Positions 1-12,072 of a stretch of 64,000 nt of DNA are shown here, in pieces. Source of the stretch: Myxococcales bacterium (GTDB lineage: Bacteria; Myxococcota_A; Polyangia; Haliangiales; Haliangiaceae). The number at the start of each line of letters is the position of its first letter. Positions within the stretch are counted from its first letter, which is position 1. A program made the position numbers and the translations under genes. The stretch is taken from assembly GCA_043753855.1 (NCBI GenBank), contig JAYUVX010000034.1, positions 58,860 to 122,859 on the forward strand, written 5' to 3'. Under the pieces are notes generated by a model. The model did not search any database. It worked only from the letters and a program-made list of their open reading frames with translations, and was not told the DNA's origin.

Positions 1-1394
1 CGCCGGTGATGAACCCCGACGGCACCAGCGAGGCGGATCAGATGCGCGAGGGCGCGACGCTGGTCTCCTACATCTTTCCGGCGGAGAGCCCGCAGCTGCT
101 CGAGCGGCTCGCGACCAAAAAGCTCACCGTGCTCGCGATGGATCAGGTGCCGCGGATCAGCCGCGCCCAGAAGATGGATGCGCTGTCGTCGATGGCGAAC
201 ATCGCCGGCTATCGCTCGGTGATCGAGGCGGCAAACCGGTTCGGCAGCTTCTTCACCGGGCAGATCACCGCGGCCGGAAAAGTGCGGCCCGCGAAGGTGC
301 TGATCATCGGTGGTGGCGTCGCTGGTCTCGCGGCGCTCGGCTGCGCGAAGGGCCTGGGCGCGATCGTCCGTGCGTTCGACGTGCGGCCGTCGGTCGAGGA
401 TCAGGTCAAGTCGCTCGGCGGCGAGTTCCTCACCATCAAGATCCAGGAGTCGGGCGACGGGCAGGGCGGCTACGCGAAAGAGATGTCGAAGGAGTTCCTC
501 GACGCCGAGTACGCGCTGTTCCGCGAGCAGGCGCGCGAGGTCGACATCGTCATCACCACCGCGCTGATCCCGGGCAAGCCGGCACCGAAGCTGTGGTTCG
601 CCGACATGGTCGAGCTGATGCGGCCGGGCTCGGTGATCGTCGATCTCGCTGCGGAGAAGGGCGGCAACTGCGAGCTCACCATGCCCGGCGAGGTGATCGA
701 GCACAAGGGCGTCACGATCGTCGGCTACACCGACCTCGCGAGCCGGATGCCGAACGTCGCCAGCGACCTCTATGGCACCAATCTGCTGCACTTTCTCGAC
801 GAGATGGGCGGCGCCTCAGGTCACAAGATCGATCACGCGAACGATGCGGTACGCCCGGCCCTCGTGATCGAGAACGGGCTCAAGACCTGGCCGCCACCGC
901 CGGCGAAGAAGGTGGAGCCGCCACCCCGGCCGGCGCCCGCACCGGCGCCGGTCCTGAGGCCGTCCACGCCCCCCGCGAAGTCGCACAGTCATGGTCCCGC
1001 GGCCAAGCCGCCGTCGCGCACGCTCGGTATCGTGATGTCCGTGATCGGCGTGGTCGCCGCGATCGCGTTCGTCGGCCTGCGCTACGGCAACGCCGACGCC
1101 AACCTGGGCCTCGAGACCAAGGACCTGCTGCAGCACTTCACGGTGTTCGTGATGGCGATCTTCGTCGGCTTCCAGGTGGTGTGGAACGTGGCGCCCGCGC
1201 TGCACACACCGCTGATGAGCGTCACCAATGCGATCAGCGGCATCATCGTGGTCGGCGGCTTGCTCGGTACGCGTACCGATGGCGAGCTGCACGGCTCGAC
1301 GATCGTCGCGATCGCCGCCACCTTGTTCGCCACCATCAACATCGCTGGCGGGTTCCTCGTGACTCGCCGCATGCTCGCGATGTTCCGGAAGTAA
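1..1394 (+). CDS. pntA: NAD(P) transhydrogenase alpha subunit (dI plus membrane dII-alpha); 5' end lies outside the window
   Basis: ORF 6..1394 matches PntA from mid-dI ([33 protein letters not shown] Rossmann loop). A Pro-rich linker and TM helices follow. The frame is open to base 1, so the N-terminus is cut by the window edge. Confidence 0.9.
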   Translation, partial: PVMNPDGTSEADQMREGATLVSYIFPAESPQLLERLATKKLTVLAMDQVPRISRAQKMDALSSMANIAGYRSVIEAANRFGSFFTGQITAAGKVRPAKVLIIGGGVAGLAALGCAKGLGAIVRAFDVRPSVEDQVKSLGGEFLTIKIQESGDGQGGYAKEMSKEFLDAEYALFREQAREVDIVITTALIPGKPAPKLWFADMVELMRPGSVIVDLAAEKGGNCELTMPGEVIEHKGVTIVGYTDLASRMPNVASDLYGTNLLHFLDEMGGASGHKIDHANDAVRPALVIENGLKTWPPPPAKKVEPPPRPAPAPAPVLRPSTPPAKSHSHGPAAKPPSRTLGIVMSVIGVVAAIAFVGLRYGNADANLGLETKDLLQHFTVFVMAIFVGFQVVWNVAPALHTPLMSVTNAISGIIVVGGLLGTRTDGELHGSTIVAIAATLFATINIAGGFLVTRRMLAMFRK

Positions 1395-1397
1395 CTG

Positions 1398-2828
1398 ATG
1401 CAGTACTTCCTCCAATCCGAAGCCCTGATCAACGCGTCCTACCTCGTGGCGGGCGTGTTGTTCATCCTCAGCCTGCGCGGCCTGTCGAGCCAGCTGACCG
1501 CACGCCGCGGCAACCTGTACGGCGTGATCGGCATGGCGATCGCGATCGCGGTCACGATCACCACGAACCCCGCGGTCGGCGGCAAGTTCCACCACCTGTG
1601 GATGGTCGCGGTGTTCGGCGGCGGCGTGATCGGCGCCGTGATGGCCGCGCGCGTCGGCATGACCCAGATGCCCGAGCTGGTGGCGCTGCTGCACAGCTTC
1701 GTCGGCCTCGCCGCGGTGCTCGTCGGCTACTCGCTCGACCAGTTCGGCGACGGCAACGGCGGTCCTCCGCACCTCGCGCATCGCGTCGAGATCTTCATCG
1801 ACGTCTGGATCGGCGCGCTGACGCTGACCGGCTCGATCCTCGCGTTCGCGAAGCTGCGCGGCAAGGTGTTCGGCATGAAGGTCAGCGGCACGCCGCTGCT
1901 GCTACCGGCGCGCCACTTCCTGAACCTCGCGATGCTGATCGGCTCGCTGATCGGCGCGTACCTGTACGCGAGGGACGGCACTCAGCTCGGTCTCCACATC
2001 GGCACCGCGATCGCGTGCGTGCTCGGCGTTCATCTGGTGGCTGCGATCGGCGGCGCCGACATGCCGGTCGTGGTCTCGATGCTCAACAGCTACTCGGGAT
2101 GGACCGCTGCGGCCGCCGGCTTCATGCTCGGCAACGATCTCCTGATCATCACCGGCGCGCTCGTCGGTTCGTCAGGCGCGATCCTGTCCTACATCATGTG
2201 CCGGGCGATGAATCGCTCGATCTGGAACGTGATCTTCGGTGGCTTCGGTGCAGCGCCACCGAAGGCCGCGCCGGGTGCGGCCCAGCAGCCCGCCGGTGAG
2301 GTCCAGGAGATCGATGCCGTCGGGCTCGCCGAGGCGCTGAGGGATGCCAGGTCGGTGGTGATCGTGCCCGGCTACGGCATGGCCGTCGGCCGCGCGCAGC
2401 ATGCCGTGCGCGAGATGACCGAGGTGCTGCGCAACCGCGGCGTCAACGTGCGGTTCGCGATCCACCCGGTCGCCGGCCGGCTCCCCGGGCACATGAACGT
2501 GCTGCTCGCCGAGGCGAATGTCCCCTACGACATCGTCATGGAGATGGACGAGATCAACGGCGATCTGCCGAACACCGACGTGGTGATGGTGATCGGCGCC
2601 AACGACATCGTGAACCCGGCGGCCGAGGACGATCCGACCTCGCCGATCGCCGGCATGCCGGTGCTCCAGGTCTGGAAGGCCAAGCTCGTGATCGTCAACA
2701 AGCGCGGCCGCGCTGCGGGATATGCGGGCATCGATAACCCGCTGTTCTACAAGCCCGTGACCCGCATGCTGTTCGGCGACGCCAAGGACGCGGTGGAGAA
2801 GGTCGTCACGGCGCTGAAGGCGCTGTAA
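1398..2828 (+). CDS. pntB: NAD(P) transhydrogenase beta subunit
   Basis: 476 aa. Multi-TM N-terminal half, then a dIII NADP(H) domain ([27 protein letters not shown]). Starts 4 nt after the pntA stop. Confidence 0.92.
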   Translation: MQYFLQSEALINASYLVAGVLFILSLRGLSSQLTARRGNLYGVIGMAIAIAVTITTNPAVGGKFHHLWMVAVFGGGVIGAVMAARVGMTQMPELVALLHSFVGLAAVLVGYSLDQFGDGNGGPPHLAHRVEIFIDVWIGALTLTGSILAFAKLRGKVFGMKVSGTPLLLPARHFLNLAMLIGSLIGAYLYARDGTQLGLHIGTAIACVLGVHLVAAIGGADMPVVVSMLNSYSGWTAAAAGFMLGNDLLIITGALVGSSGAILSYIMCRAMNRSIWNVIFGGFGAAPPKAAPGAAQQPAGEVQEIDAVGLAEALRDARSVVIVPGYGMAVGRAQHAVREMTEVLRNRGVNVRFAIHPVAGRLPGHMNVLLAEANVPYDIVMEMDEINGDLPNTDVVMVIGANDIVNPAAEDDPTSPIAGMPVLQVWKAKLVIVNKRGRAAGYAGIDNPLFYKPVTRMLFGDAKDAVEKVVTALKAL

Positions 2829-2923
2829 CGAACGTTCTGAACCGCGATCAGCGTGAACTGTTCGCAGAGTAGTTCACGGTCCGTCGCGCGACCGCGACGG
2901 AGTCGCCACCTGCACTCACTAGG

Positions 2924-4849
2924 GTGCCGGCTATGGGCAAATCCACGATCGAGAGCCTGCTGGTCGCCACCGCGTTGATCGCGGGAGGCTGCGCCGGAGA
3001 AGACGGCGCCAACGGCAGCAACGGCAGCAACGGCGGCAACGGTACAAACGGCAGCAACGGATCCAACGGATCCAACGGATCCAACGGCACTCCTGGCCAG
3101 GACGCGCCGTCGCGGATCCTGAGCTTCGCGCCCGTGACCGCGCCGGTGACCGACGCGGAGAAGCGCGCGGTGATCGCCTCGGCAGAGGCGCTCGTGAACG
3201 ACCAGGTCGTTTCGCTCCAGTACCGGACCGAGGCGCGCAGCGGTACGGCGTTCGGCACGGCGGTGTTCGGGCGGATGATCGATCAGGCCGGCGCTCCGGT
3301 GAAGGCCGCCGACGGTTCGGACTTCGTGTCACCGTCGAACGACTTCTCCTCGCTGCTCGAGGTCGGCACGTCGCTCTACGAGATCACCCACTTCGAGACC
3401 CAGCCGGGCGGCATGTACATCAGCCAGCTCGCCCAGGACGCCGCGGGCGCACTGACGATGACCAGCACGCGGCCGATCGACTTCTCGTCGGTACACGGGT
3501 TGTGGAACCCGTGTGCAGGCAGCGTCACCCCGTGGAACACGCACCTCGGCTCCGAGGAGTATCCGCAGGACGCGCGGCAGACCGAGACGGCGACCACCCT
3601 CGCGCAGGTCACCGGTAGCTCGAACACCAACATCCTCCGCTACTTCGCGCTCGACCCCGCCACCGCGACGCTCGCGCAGGCGAAAGCCGCATTCAAGCCG
3701 TACTACTACGGGTTTGCCGTCGAGGTCGTGGTCGGCTCCGGCGGTACCACCGCGGTGAAGAAGCACTATGCGATGGGCCGCCGTGCACTCGAGCTCGCGT
3801 ACGCGATGCCCGACCGCAAGACGGTCTACCTCACCGACGACGGGACCAACGATTCGCTGCAGATGTTCGTGGCGAAGACCGCGGGCGATCTCAGCGAGGG
3901 CCGGCTCTACGCGGCCCGCTGGTTCCAGACCAGCCCGACCGGCGCTCCGCACGGCACCGCGGATCTGTTCTGGGTCGAGCTCGGCACCAGCGCGAAGTCC
4001 TCCGATGTCCAGGCACTGGTCGACGGCGGCATCACGTTCTCGCAGATCTTCGACGCCCAGCCGATGGCGGCGGATGGTACGTGCGCGGCCGGCTTCAAGT
4101 CGGTGAATGTCGATGCCGCGATCGCGGGCGAGTGTCTGCAGCTGAAGACCGGGATGGAGCTCGCGGCGTCTCGCCTCGAGAGCCGGCGTTATGCCGCGTA
4201 CGTCGGGGCCACCACCGAGTTCCGCAAGCTCGAGGGCATCACCTACGACCCGACCGGGCACCGGCTGTACATCTCGTTCAGCGAGCTGAACCGGGGCGTT
4301 ACCAACAACAACGCGCGCGACCTCGGCGGCCCGAACCACATGCGGCTCGCCGAGAACACGTGCGGCGCGGTCTACGAGCTCTCGATCTCCAAGAACTCGG
4401 TGATCGGCAGCGACTACACCGCGCAGAGCGCGAAGGCGCTGCTCGAAGGCATCTGGCTGCAGGACCCGGCGAACCCGAATCCCTACCCGGTCGGCAGCCC
4501 GTATGCGGGCAAGAACGAGTGCTCGGTCAACGCGATCGCGAACCCCGACAACCTGACGTTCATCCCCGGCTATCACACGCTGCTCGTCGGTGAAGACTCC
4601 GGTTCGGAGCACCAGAACGATGCGGTGTGGGCGTACAACACCGAGACCGGCGCGCTCGATCGGATCATGACCACGCCGTACGGCGCCGAGACCACGGGCG
4701 TCTATTTCTACCCGAACCTCAAGGGCCACGCGTACATCAAGGCGCAGGTCCAGCACCCGTACGGCGAGTCGGACCAGTCGATGATGATGGATCCGTCCGA
4801 GCTGCGGTCCTACGTGGGCTACATCGGTCCGTTGCCGCGGATGAACTAG
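2924..4849 (+). CDS. PhoX-like (DUF839) secreted phosphatase-family lipoprotein
   Basis: Lipobox LIAGGC, then an (NGS)n linker. The body reads as PhoX/DUF839 type (GSEEYPQD, FRKLEGITYDP, PDNLTFIPGYHTLLVGEDSG). High GC3 frame. Confidence 0.7.
   Translation: MPAMGKSTIESLLVATALIAGGCAGEDGANGSNGSNGGNGTNGSNGSNGSNGSNGTPGQDAPSRILSFAPVTAPVTDAEKRAVIASAEALVNDQVVSLQYRTEARSGTAFGTAVFGRMIDQAGAPVKAADGSDFVSPSNDFSSLLEVGTSLYEITHFETQPGGMYISQLAQDAAGALTMTSTRPIDFSSVHGLWNPCAGSVTPWNTHLGSEEYPQDARQTETATTLAQVTGSSNTNILRYFALDPATATLAQAKAAFKPYYYGFAVEVVVGSGGTTAVKKHYAMGRRALELAYAMPDRKTVYLTDDGTNDSLQMFVAKTAGDLSEGRLYAARWFQTSPTGAPHGTADLFWVELGTSAKSSDVQALVDGGITFSQIFDAQPMAADGTCAAGFKSVNVDAAIAGECLQLKTGMELAASRLESRRYAAYVGATTEFRKLEGITYDPTGHRLYISFSELNRGVTNNNARDLGGPNHMRLAENTCGAVYELSISKNSVIGSDYTAQSAKALLEGIWLQDPANPNPYPVGSPYAGKNECSVNAIANPDNLTFIPGYHTLLVGEDSGSEHQNDAVWAYNTETGALDRIMTTPYGAETTGVYFYPNLKGHAYIKAQVQHPYGESDQSMMMDPSELRSYVGYIGPLPRMN
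3011..3091 (+). repeat. 9-nt tandem repeat (aacggcagc-like, about 9 units) encoding an (N-G-S/T/G)n linker
   Basis: Read directly: aacggcagc aacggcagc aacggcggc aacggtaca aacggcagc aacggatcc x3 aacggcact. It lies inside the PhoX-like CDS just after the lipobox. Confidence 0.9.
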
Positions 4850-4856
4850 AGGACGC

Positions 4857-6518
4857 ATGCGCCGCTGGCCGATCGTTGCCGCTGTCGGGTTGGCGGGCCT
4901 CGCCGTGGCGGCCGCGTTCGCGCGCGGAGACCAGGCTGCGAAGCCGGCCGCGCAACCGACCGCGCAGGCGCCGGCACTGCCGGTCGCCGTTCCCCGCGCG
5001 ACGAGGGCACCGGCGCTCGACAACCTCGCCGCGTACATCCCGGTGCAGTGCTACGCGCGCACCAAGCGGGACGGTCGACCCGCCCGCAACAGCTGCGCGA
5101 CCTGCCATCAGGACTCGCGCGAGCCGAACTACATCGCCGACGCGGCGGTGCAGACCGAGCTGTCGATCCCGCGGTTCGCGGCCACGAACCACTGGTCCAA
5201 CGCGCTGTCGCCTCCACCGCCCGCGATGATCAGCGATGCCGCGCTGCTCGCGTGGGTGCGCACCGATAACCGGCAGCTGCCCACCGGCGCCTCGGGCTCC
5301 GATTGCGCGTTCTCGCCCGACGCCCTTGGCTGGGACCGGGATCCGGGTGGCCGCCGCACTGGCTGGCGCGCCTACGCCTACGCGCCACTGCCGGGCATGT
5401 TCTGGCCGACCAATGGATCGATGGGCGACGCGTTCCTGCGGCTTCCGGTCGAGTACCGGCGAGCTGCATCTGGGGCGGAGAGTGATGCGATCTACGCCCT
5501 GAACCTCGCGATCCTCGAGGCCACGATTCGCCGCGCGGATGTCGTGATCGCGTCGACCGCCGAGGCGCCGCTCGGTGTGGATCTCGATGGAGATGGTCGG
5601 CTCGGCACCGCGAACCGCGTCGCGTTCGTGTGGCCGCCTCGCAAGGATCGCCCGTTCCACTACGTCGGCGATGCGGCCCGGCTCGATCCCGCGACCGCAG
5701 GCTGGCCGGCTGCGGGGCTGTATCCGGTCGGCACCGAGATCGTGCACAGCCTGCGCTACCTTGATGTCGTCGACGGCCGCGTGCGCCCGGCGCCGCGCAT
5801 GAAGGAGCTCCGTTACCAGCGCAAGCTGCGCTGGCTGACCTATGGCGCGCTCGATCTCGCCGCGAAGACCGAGCAGCGCGAGAAGGAGCAGGATCCCGAT
5901 ACGCTGCGCCTGATCCATGGCGATGGCGAACGTGGCGTCGGGACCGGTGGCGGCTGGAGGATGCAGGGCTTCATCGAGGCCGCGGATGGTGCGCTTCGCT
6001 CGCAAACCACCGAGGAGACCGCCGCCTGCATCGGCTGCCACGGTGGGGTAGGGGCGGCGGTGGATGGGACGTTCAGCTTCGCGCGGAAGACGCGGTGGGG
6101 AGCACAGGACGTGGTCGGGATGCGCGAGCCGATCCGCGCGGATGGCCATGGCGAGTACCGCACCTGGCTCGAGGCGGTGGGGGCCGGCGACGACTTCGGC
6201 AGTAACGACGAGGTCACGCGGAGCTGGTTTGCGGCGGATGGCACGCTGGTGGCCTCGAAGGCGACCGCGCTGGTGAGCGATATCTCCACGCTGATCGTTC
6301 CGTCGGCGGAACGTGCACTCGACCTAAATCGCGCATATCTCGCAGTGGTCCGCGGGCAATCGTTCACGCGCGGGCGCGAGGTGTTCGTCGGGACGCCGCA
6401 GCTCGAACAGCGCCTCGAACCGGGTGGCTCGACGGGAGTCACCGAGCTGATCGCGCCGCCGTGGGCTATCTCCACGGGGTCGCGAACGCCGCATCGGTCA
6501 GCAACGAGTCGTCGGTGA
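4857..6518 (+). CDS. Secreted c-type cytochrome family protein (two CXXCH motifs)
   Basis: Signal peptide [22 protein letters not shown]. Heme motifs CATCH and CIGCH. Starts 8 nt after the PhoX-like stop. The 3' end overlaps the convergent remnant by about 50 nt. Confidence 0.65.
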   Translation: MRRWPIVAAVGLAGLAVAAAFARGDQAAKPAAQPTAQAPALPVAVPRATRAPALDNLAAYIPVQCYARTKRDGRPARNSCATCHQDSREPNYIADAAVQTELSIPRFAATNHWSNALSPPPPAMISDAALLAWVRTDNRQLPTGASGSDCAFSPDALGWDRDPGGRRTGWRAYAYAPLPGMFWPTNGSMGDAFLRLPVEYRRAASGAESDAIYALNLAILEATIRRADVVIASTAEAPLGVDLDGDGRLGTANRVAFVWPPRKDRPFHYVGDAARLDPATAGWPAAGLYPVGTEIVHSLRYLDVVDGRVRPAPRMKELRYQRKLRWLTYGALDLAAKTEQREKEQDPDTLRLIHGDGERGVGTGGGWRMQGFIEAADGALRSQTTEETAACIGCHGGVGAAVDGTFSFARKTRWGAQDVVGMREPIRADGHGEYRTWLEAVGAGDDFGSNDEVTRSWFAADGTLVASKATALVSDISTLIVPSAERALDLNRAYLAVVRGQSFTRGREVFVGTPQLEQRLEPGGSTGVTELIAPPWAISTGSRTPHRSATSRR

Positions 6519-6726
6519 GCGCGCCGAGGAACGCGACCAGATCCGCCTGCTGCTCGGCGGTGATCGCGAACGCGGTGATCAGGGGCGAGCGATCCGGGTT
6601 CGCCGCGCGGCCGCCGCGGGCATAGCTCGCGATCACGTCATCGAGCGTCGCCGCGCTGCCATCGTGGAAGTACGGCGCGGTCAGCGCGATGTTGCGAAAC
6701 GTCGGCGCCTTGAACCGGCCACGGTC
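6466..6726 (-). pseudogene. C-terminal remnant (about 86 aa) of a di-haem cytochrome c peroxidase (CCP/MauG family)
   Basis: [35 protein letters not shown] matches the conserved CCP C-terminal block. The 110 codons upstream in ORF 6466..7056 are Arg-rich junk that overlaps the OMP gene. No haem-binding N-terminal part is present. Confidence 0.6.
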
Positions 6727-6731
6727 GGAGG

Positions 6732-7277
6732 TCAGGCGAGGCCCGCGCCGAAGAACCCCTCCGGCATCAGCTTGGAGTCGCGGATCCGCTCCTGCCCGTA
6801 CGGGACCGAGACCTTCGTCAGCTCGACGCCGGCGCCGACCTGGATGTAGCCGCGCAGCCACGATGCGACGCTGGTGCGCGCGCCGATCGCGGCGCTGAGC
6901 AGCCCGCTCGTGCGATCGATCGGGAGATCGGTGGGCTCGGGCCCGATCGGGCCATTCGCCGTGCTGTACATGTCGAGACCGGCCTCGACGAACAGCGGAC
7001 CGCGCAGCGTTCGGCCACCGAACACGCCGAGGCCGTTCATCCGGCACTCGCTCCATCCCTCTCCGGGGCGGCGATCACCCTCTCGGTGAAAGCCGTAGCC
7101 GCCGACCCGGAGACCGAGCTCGTAGGTCGGGGCGGCAGCCGATTTCGTGAGGCTCTCGCCGGGCTCGGCGAGCGCGGCGGCAGGTGCGAGGAGGATCAGG
7201 ACCAGGGCGGGAGGCGCATGTCGGAGGCTCGAGCACGACCCGTTCCAGCGCGATCGAGGCGCGAAGCGTGAACCCAC
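6732..7277 (-). CDS. Small outer-membrane beta-barrel-like protein, possibly 3'-truncated
   Basis: GTG start gives a signal peptide (..[22 protein letters not shown]). Alternating Gly/aromatic beta-strand pattern ([20 protein letters not shown]). It ends abruptly in FFGAGLA without the usual terminal aromatic residue. Confidence 0.5.
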   Translation of the reverse strand: MGSRFAPRSRWNGSCSSLRHAPPALVLILLAPAAALAEPGESLTKSAAAPTYELGLRVGGYGFHREGDRRPGEGWSECRMNGLGVFGGRTLRGPLFVEAGLDMYSTANGPIGPEPTDLPIDRTSGLLSAAIGARTSVASWLRGYIQVGAGVELTKVSVPYGQERIRDSKLMPEGFFGAGLA

Positions 7278-7327
7278 GGTTGCACCCGTGTAGGGATTCG
7301 CCACGCCGCTGTGGCAAACGCCCACGA

Positions 7328-7780
7328 TCAGCGCGACAGCGTCTTCACGACCTCGAGCGCCTCGTCGACGTGCTTGCCAAACCGGATCATGGAATCGAAC
7401 TTGTTGCGGACCACCCCGCTCCCATCGAACACGAACGTCACGCGGGGTGGCAGCCCGAGCGCACCGCGTAACCCCCACGCCGCGGCGGCCTTGCCACCGG
7501 GGTCGGAGAGCAGCGTGAACGGCAGCTTGTGCTTGCCGATGAACGCCTCGTGGGACGCCGCGTCGTCGCGCGAGATCCCGATCACTTCGGCGCCGGCCGC
7601 GGTGAAGTCCTCGTACGAATCGCGGAAGCCGCACGCTTCCTTGGTGCAGCCGTAGGTCTCGTCCTTCGGATAGAAATAGACGACCAGGGGCTTGCCGATC
7701 TTGCTCCGCAGATCGATGGGGCCGTCCTTGCCGACGAGCGTTGTGGCAGGCATCGGATCTCCGACCTCGAGCGTGGGCAT
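7328..7780 (-). CDS. bcp: Thiol peroxidase / peroxiredoxin Bcp
   Basis: MPTLEVGDPMP..LVVYFYPKDETYGCTKEACGFRD is the typical Bcp active-site context. Start taken at the internal ATG (7780) of ORF 7328..7828. Confidence 0.88.
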   Translation of the reverse strand: MPTLEVGDPMPATTLVGKDGPIDLRSKIGKPLVVYFYPKDETYGCTKEACGFRDSYEDFTAAGAEVIGISRDDAASHEAFIGKHKLPFTLLSDPGGKAAAAWGLRGALGLPPRVTFVFDGSGVVRNKFDSMIRFGKHVDEALEVVKTLSR

Positions 7781-7787
7781 GACCCGA

Positions 7788-9081
7788 TCATACCAGCGCG
7801 GTCGCTGCGATCCCCGCGCCGCACGCAAACAGAACCAGAATCCCCGTCACCGCGACGCGCTTGCCCAGGGGGGCACCGCCAACCACCGCGGCCATCACCG
7901 TCTTGACCAGGGTGTTGACCGCCACCGCGATCGAGATCGCGATCGTCGCCACACCCGTATCGATGCTGCTGTTCGCGAGCTTCGCGGTGGACACGGTCAC
8001 CGCGTCGACATCCGTCGTGCCGCCGAGCGCGGATGCGAGGTAGAGGCCGCTCGACCCGACGTACTCGATCGCAGCGCGGCTGATCAGCAGCACGGCTGCG
8101 AACACCAGCGTGACCTTCACCGCGCTCCCCAGCTCGAATGGATTCTTGAGGTTCAGCTCGGCAGGCGGCTCGTTGGAGCGGCGGAACGTCATCGCGAGGC
8201 CGAGCAGCGTCGCGCCGAGCATGGCGCCGAGCGGCAGCGCGAGCGTGCGCAGCAGCGTTAGATCGATCAGCGCGACGAGCACGCCCACGCGGCCGAGCAT
8301 GATCATCCAGGCGATCGCGATCGCGCCCGCGGCGACCGGGGCGAGTGCAGCATCCTGCTTCGCGCGCCGCGAGAACGACAGCGTCACCGCCGTCGAGGAC
8401 ACCAGGCCGCCGAGCGCGGCACCGAGCAGCAGACCGCGGCGCGCTCCGAGCAGCCGCATCGCGACATAGCCGAGGAACGACAGGCCGGAGATCGTGACCA
8501 CCATCAACCCGAGCGTGCGCGGGTTGATCGCCGACAGCGGGCCGATGTCTCGATTCGGCAGCAGCGGCAACGCGATCACCGCGACGATCAGGAACTTGAC
8601 GGTGGCGTAGAAGTCCGCGCGCGAGACCTGCGCGGCAAACGTGTGAAACCACAGCTTCGACGACAGCAGGAACGTCAGCGTCACCCCGATCGCCGCAACC
8701 AGCAGCAACCGATCCGCCATCGGTTCGACCACGCCGCGACTCGCTGCGAGCGCACCGAGCAGGTAGGTCCCGATCACCGAGATCTCGGTGGTCATGCCGT
8801 GATCCGAGTCGCGCTTGATGTCGGCGGCGTAGGAGATCGCGACCAGTGCGAACACGCCGAACAGCGCCACCAGCGGGAGCCACATCGAGACCGGCTCGAG
8901 CAGCGTGGCGAGCGCGCCGACCAGCGCGACGAGCGGATAGGTACGAACCCCGCCGATCTGGTTTCCCCCGCGCTCCAGCTTGGACTGCTCGCGCTCGAGC
9001 CCGATCAGTAGCCCCACGCCCAGCGCGGTCGCGAGTGCGAGCTGAGTCTCCACCGAGCGAGTGTGGTACGAATCGCTCGCC

Positions 9082-9083
<2 letters not shown>
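7788..9083 (-). CDS. MgtC/SapB family membrane protein with DUF4010-type C-terminal TM domain
   Basis: N-terminus LALATALGVGLLIGLEREQ is the MgtC signature, followed by about 10 TM helices. The rest of ORF 7788..9587 overlaps the OYE gene. A GTG at 9053 is an alternative start. Confidence 0.75.
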
Positions 9084-10554
<1,471 letters not shown>

Positions 10555-10626
10555 AAATTCTCTGTACGCGATCGGTGGAACGCGCCTTGCTCCCCGTACT
10601 GGACCTGAGCGCCGACGCACGGCGTG

Positions 10627-10884
10627 TCACGGGTGCGCGGTGCCGGCATCCTGCGCGCGGTCTTGCACGTCGTTGACGCCCGCAGCGCGCGCACAGTGAG
10701 CGCAGCAGAAGTACTGCCCGCGGGCCTCCATGCCCTGCCCGATGATCGGCACCTTGCAGTGATTGCACCGGGGAGCGAGCGTCTGGATCGCGCACTGGAA
10801 CGAATCGAAGGTGTGCACGGTCCCTCCGATCGAGATCTCGAACGCCTTGTCGTAGGTGTTCCCGCAGCATTCGCAGTTCTTCAT
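10627..10884 (-). CDS. Small Cys-rich (9 Cys) putative metal-binding protein
   Basis: MKNCECCGNTYDKAFE..FDSFQCAI..PRCNHCK..YFCCAHCA. This is a recurrent small actinobacterial/myxobacterial Cys-motif family. Start taken at the internal ATG of ORF 10627..10950. Confidence 0.6.
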   Translation of the reverse strand: MKNCECCGNTYDKAFEISIGGTVHTFDSFQCAIQTLAPRCNHCKVPIIGQGMEARGQYFCCAHCARAAGVNDVQDRAQDAGTAHP

Positions 10885-10955
10885 GCGCAAGCAGGCTGCA
10901 AGGGATGCGCCGCGGCGATCGCGCATCCGGAATGGCGCTTGCTGCTCCATGACAC

Positions 10956-12062
10956 ATGAGCCGCCCCACCTCGACGCTCCGCATGGCCGTGATCGGGCAG
11001 GGTCACTTCGCGCAGGCCGCGGTCCTGCCGGCGATCGAACAGCTCGAGGACGTGGAGCTGTCAGCGCTGGTATCCGGATCGACGCACAAGCTGACCGAGC
11101 TCGGCGACCGCTACGGAGTGCGTACGCTCTGCGACTACACCCAGCTCGACGAGCTGCTCGCGATGAACAAGATCGATGCGGTCTACATCGCGGTGCCCAA
11201 TGACATGCACGCCGAGATGACGCTGATCTCCGCGCGCCACGGCGTTCACGTGATGTGCGAAAAGCCGATGGCTCCCTCGGAAGCGGAGTGCATGCAGATG
11301 ATCCGCGCGTGCGAGACGCGGCAGGTCAAGCTGATGGTCGCGTACCGGCTCCACTTCGAGGCGGCCAACCTGGTCGCCGTCGAGGTCGCGCGGGGCGGAG
11401 AGATCGGCGAGCCGCGGATCTTCAGCTCGGTGTTCTCCATGCAGGTCCGCGAGGGCAACATCCGCACCCAGCCGCGTCGCGGTTCGGGTCCGCTGTTCGA
11501 CATCGGCATCTACTGCGTGAACGCGGCGCGCTACCTGTTCCGTGCGGAGCCGATCGAGGTCAGCGCCACCCGGCTGTCGGGTCGCGATGCGCGGTTCATG
11601 TGTGTGGACGAGGCGTATGCGGTGACGCTGCGGTTCCCTCAGGAGCGCGTGGCGCAGTTCACCTGCAGCTTCGGCGCGGCGGATCGCGCGAGCTACCAAG
11701 TGGTCGGCACCGAGGGCTTCATGACGCTCGACAACGCGTACGACTATGCGGCCGAGATGAAGCTCCGCATCGAGGGCAAGCACGGCAGCAAGGCGCGGAC
11801 GTTCACCAAGCGCGACCAGATCGCGGCCGAGATCGCGTACTTCGCCAAGTGCATTCGCAACAATATCGACCCCGAGCCGAGCGGCTGGGAAGGGCTCGCC
11901 GATATCCGGATCATCCAGGCGATCCAGTCGGCGGCGCGGTTCGGTCGCGCGGTCCCGATCGATCCGATTCCGCGCCGCCGCCGCCCCGACCTCGGCCAGG
12001 AGATTCGGATCGCCTCGCACGAGATGCCGCCGCTCGTCGACGTCGAGGCGCCGACCAAGTAA
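10956..12062 (+). CDS. Gfo/Idh/MocA family oxidoreductase
   Basis: N-terminal Rossmann MAVIGQGHFAQAAVLPA, then EKPMA catalytic-region motif. 368 aa. Confidence 0.85.
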   Translation: MSRPTSTLRMAVIGQGHFAQAAVLPAIEQLEDVELSALVSGSTHKLTELGDRYGVRTLCDYTQLDELLAMNKIDAVYIAVPNDMHAEMTLISARHGVHVMCEKPMAPSEAECMQMIRACETRQVKLMVAYRLHFEAANLVAVEVARGGEIGEPRIFSSVFSMQVREGNIRTQPRRGSGPLFDIGIYCVNAARYLFRAEPIEVSATRLSGRDARFMCVDEAYAVTLRFPQERVAQFTCSFGAADRASYQVVGTEGFMTLDNAYDYAAEMKLRIEGKHGSKARTFTKRDQIAAEIAYFAKCIRNNIDPEPSGWEGLADIRIIQAIQSAARFGRAVPIDPIPRRRRPDLGQEIRIASHEMPPLVDVEAPTK

Positions 12063-12072
12063 CGTCGTTCGC

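Noticed and set aside
6727-7056. The full 196-aa ORF 6466..7056 as an intact gene.
   Set aside because: Only the last 86 or so residues resemble cytochrome c peroxidase. The first 110 are Arg-rich and overlap the better-supported OMP gene in another frame.
10576-10591. A second sigma-54-like motif, TGGAAC-N5-TTGCT, on the plus strand.
   Set aside because: It points into the antisense of the small Cys-rich gene, and the next plus-strand start is about 365 nt away. By my rough estimate about four one-mismatch matches are expected by chance in this window, and nothing in the context supports it.
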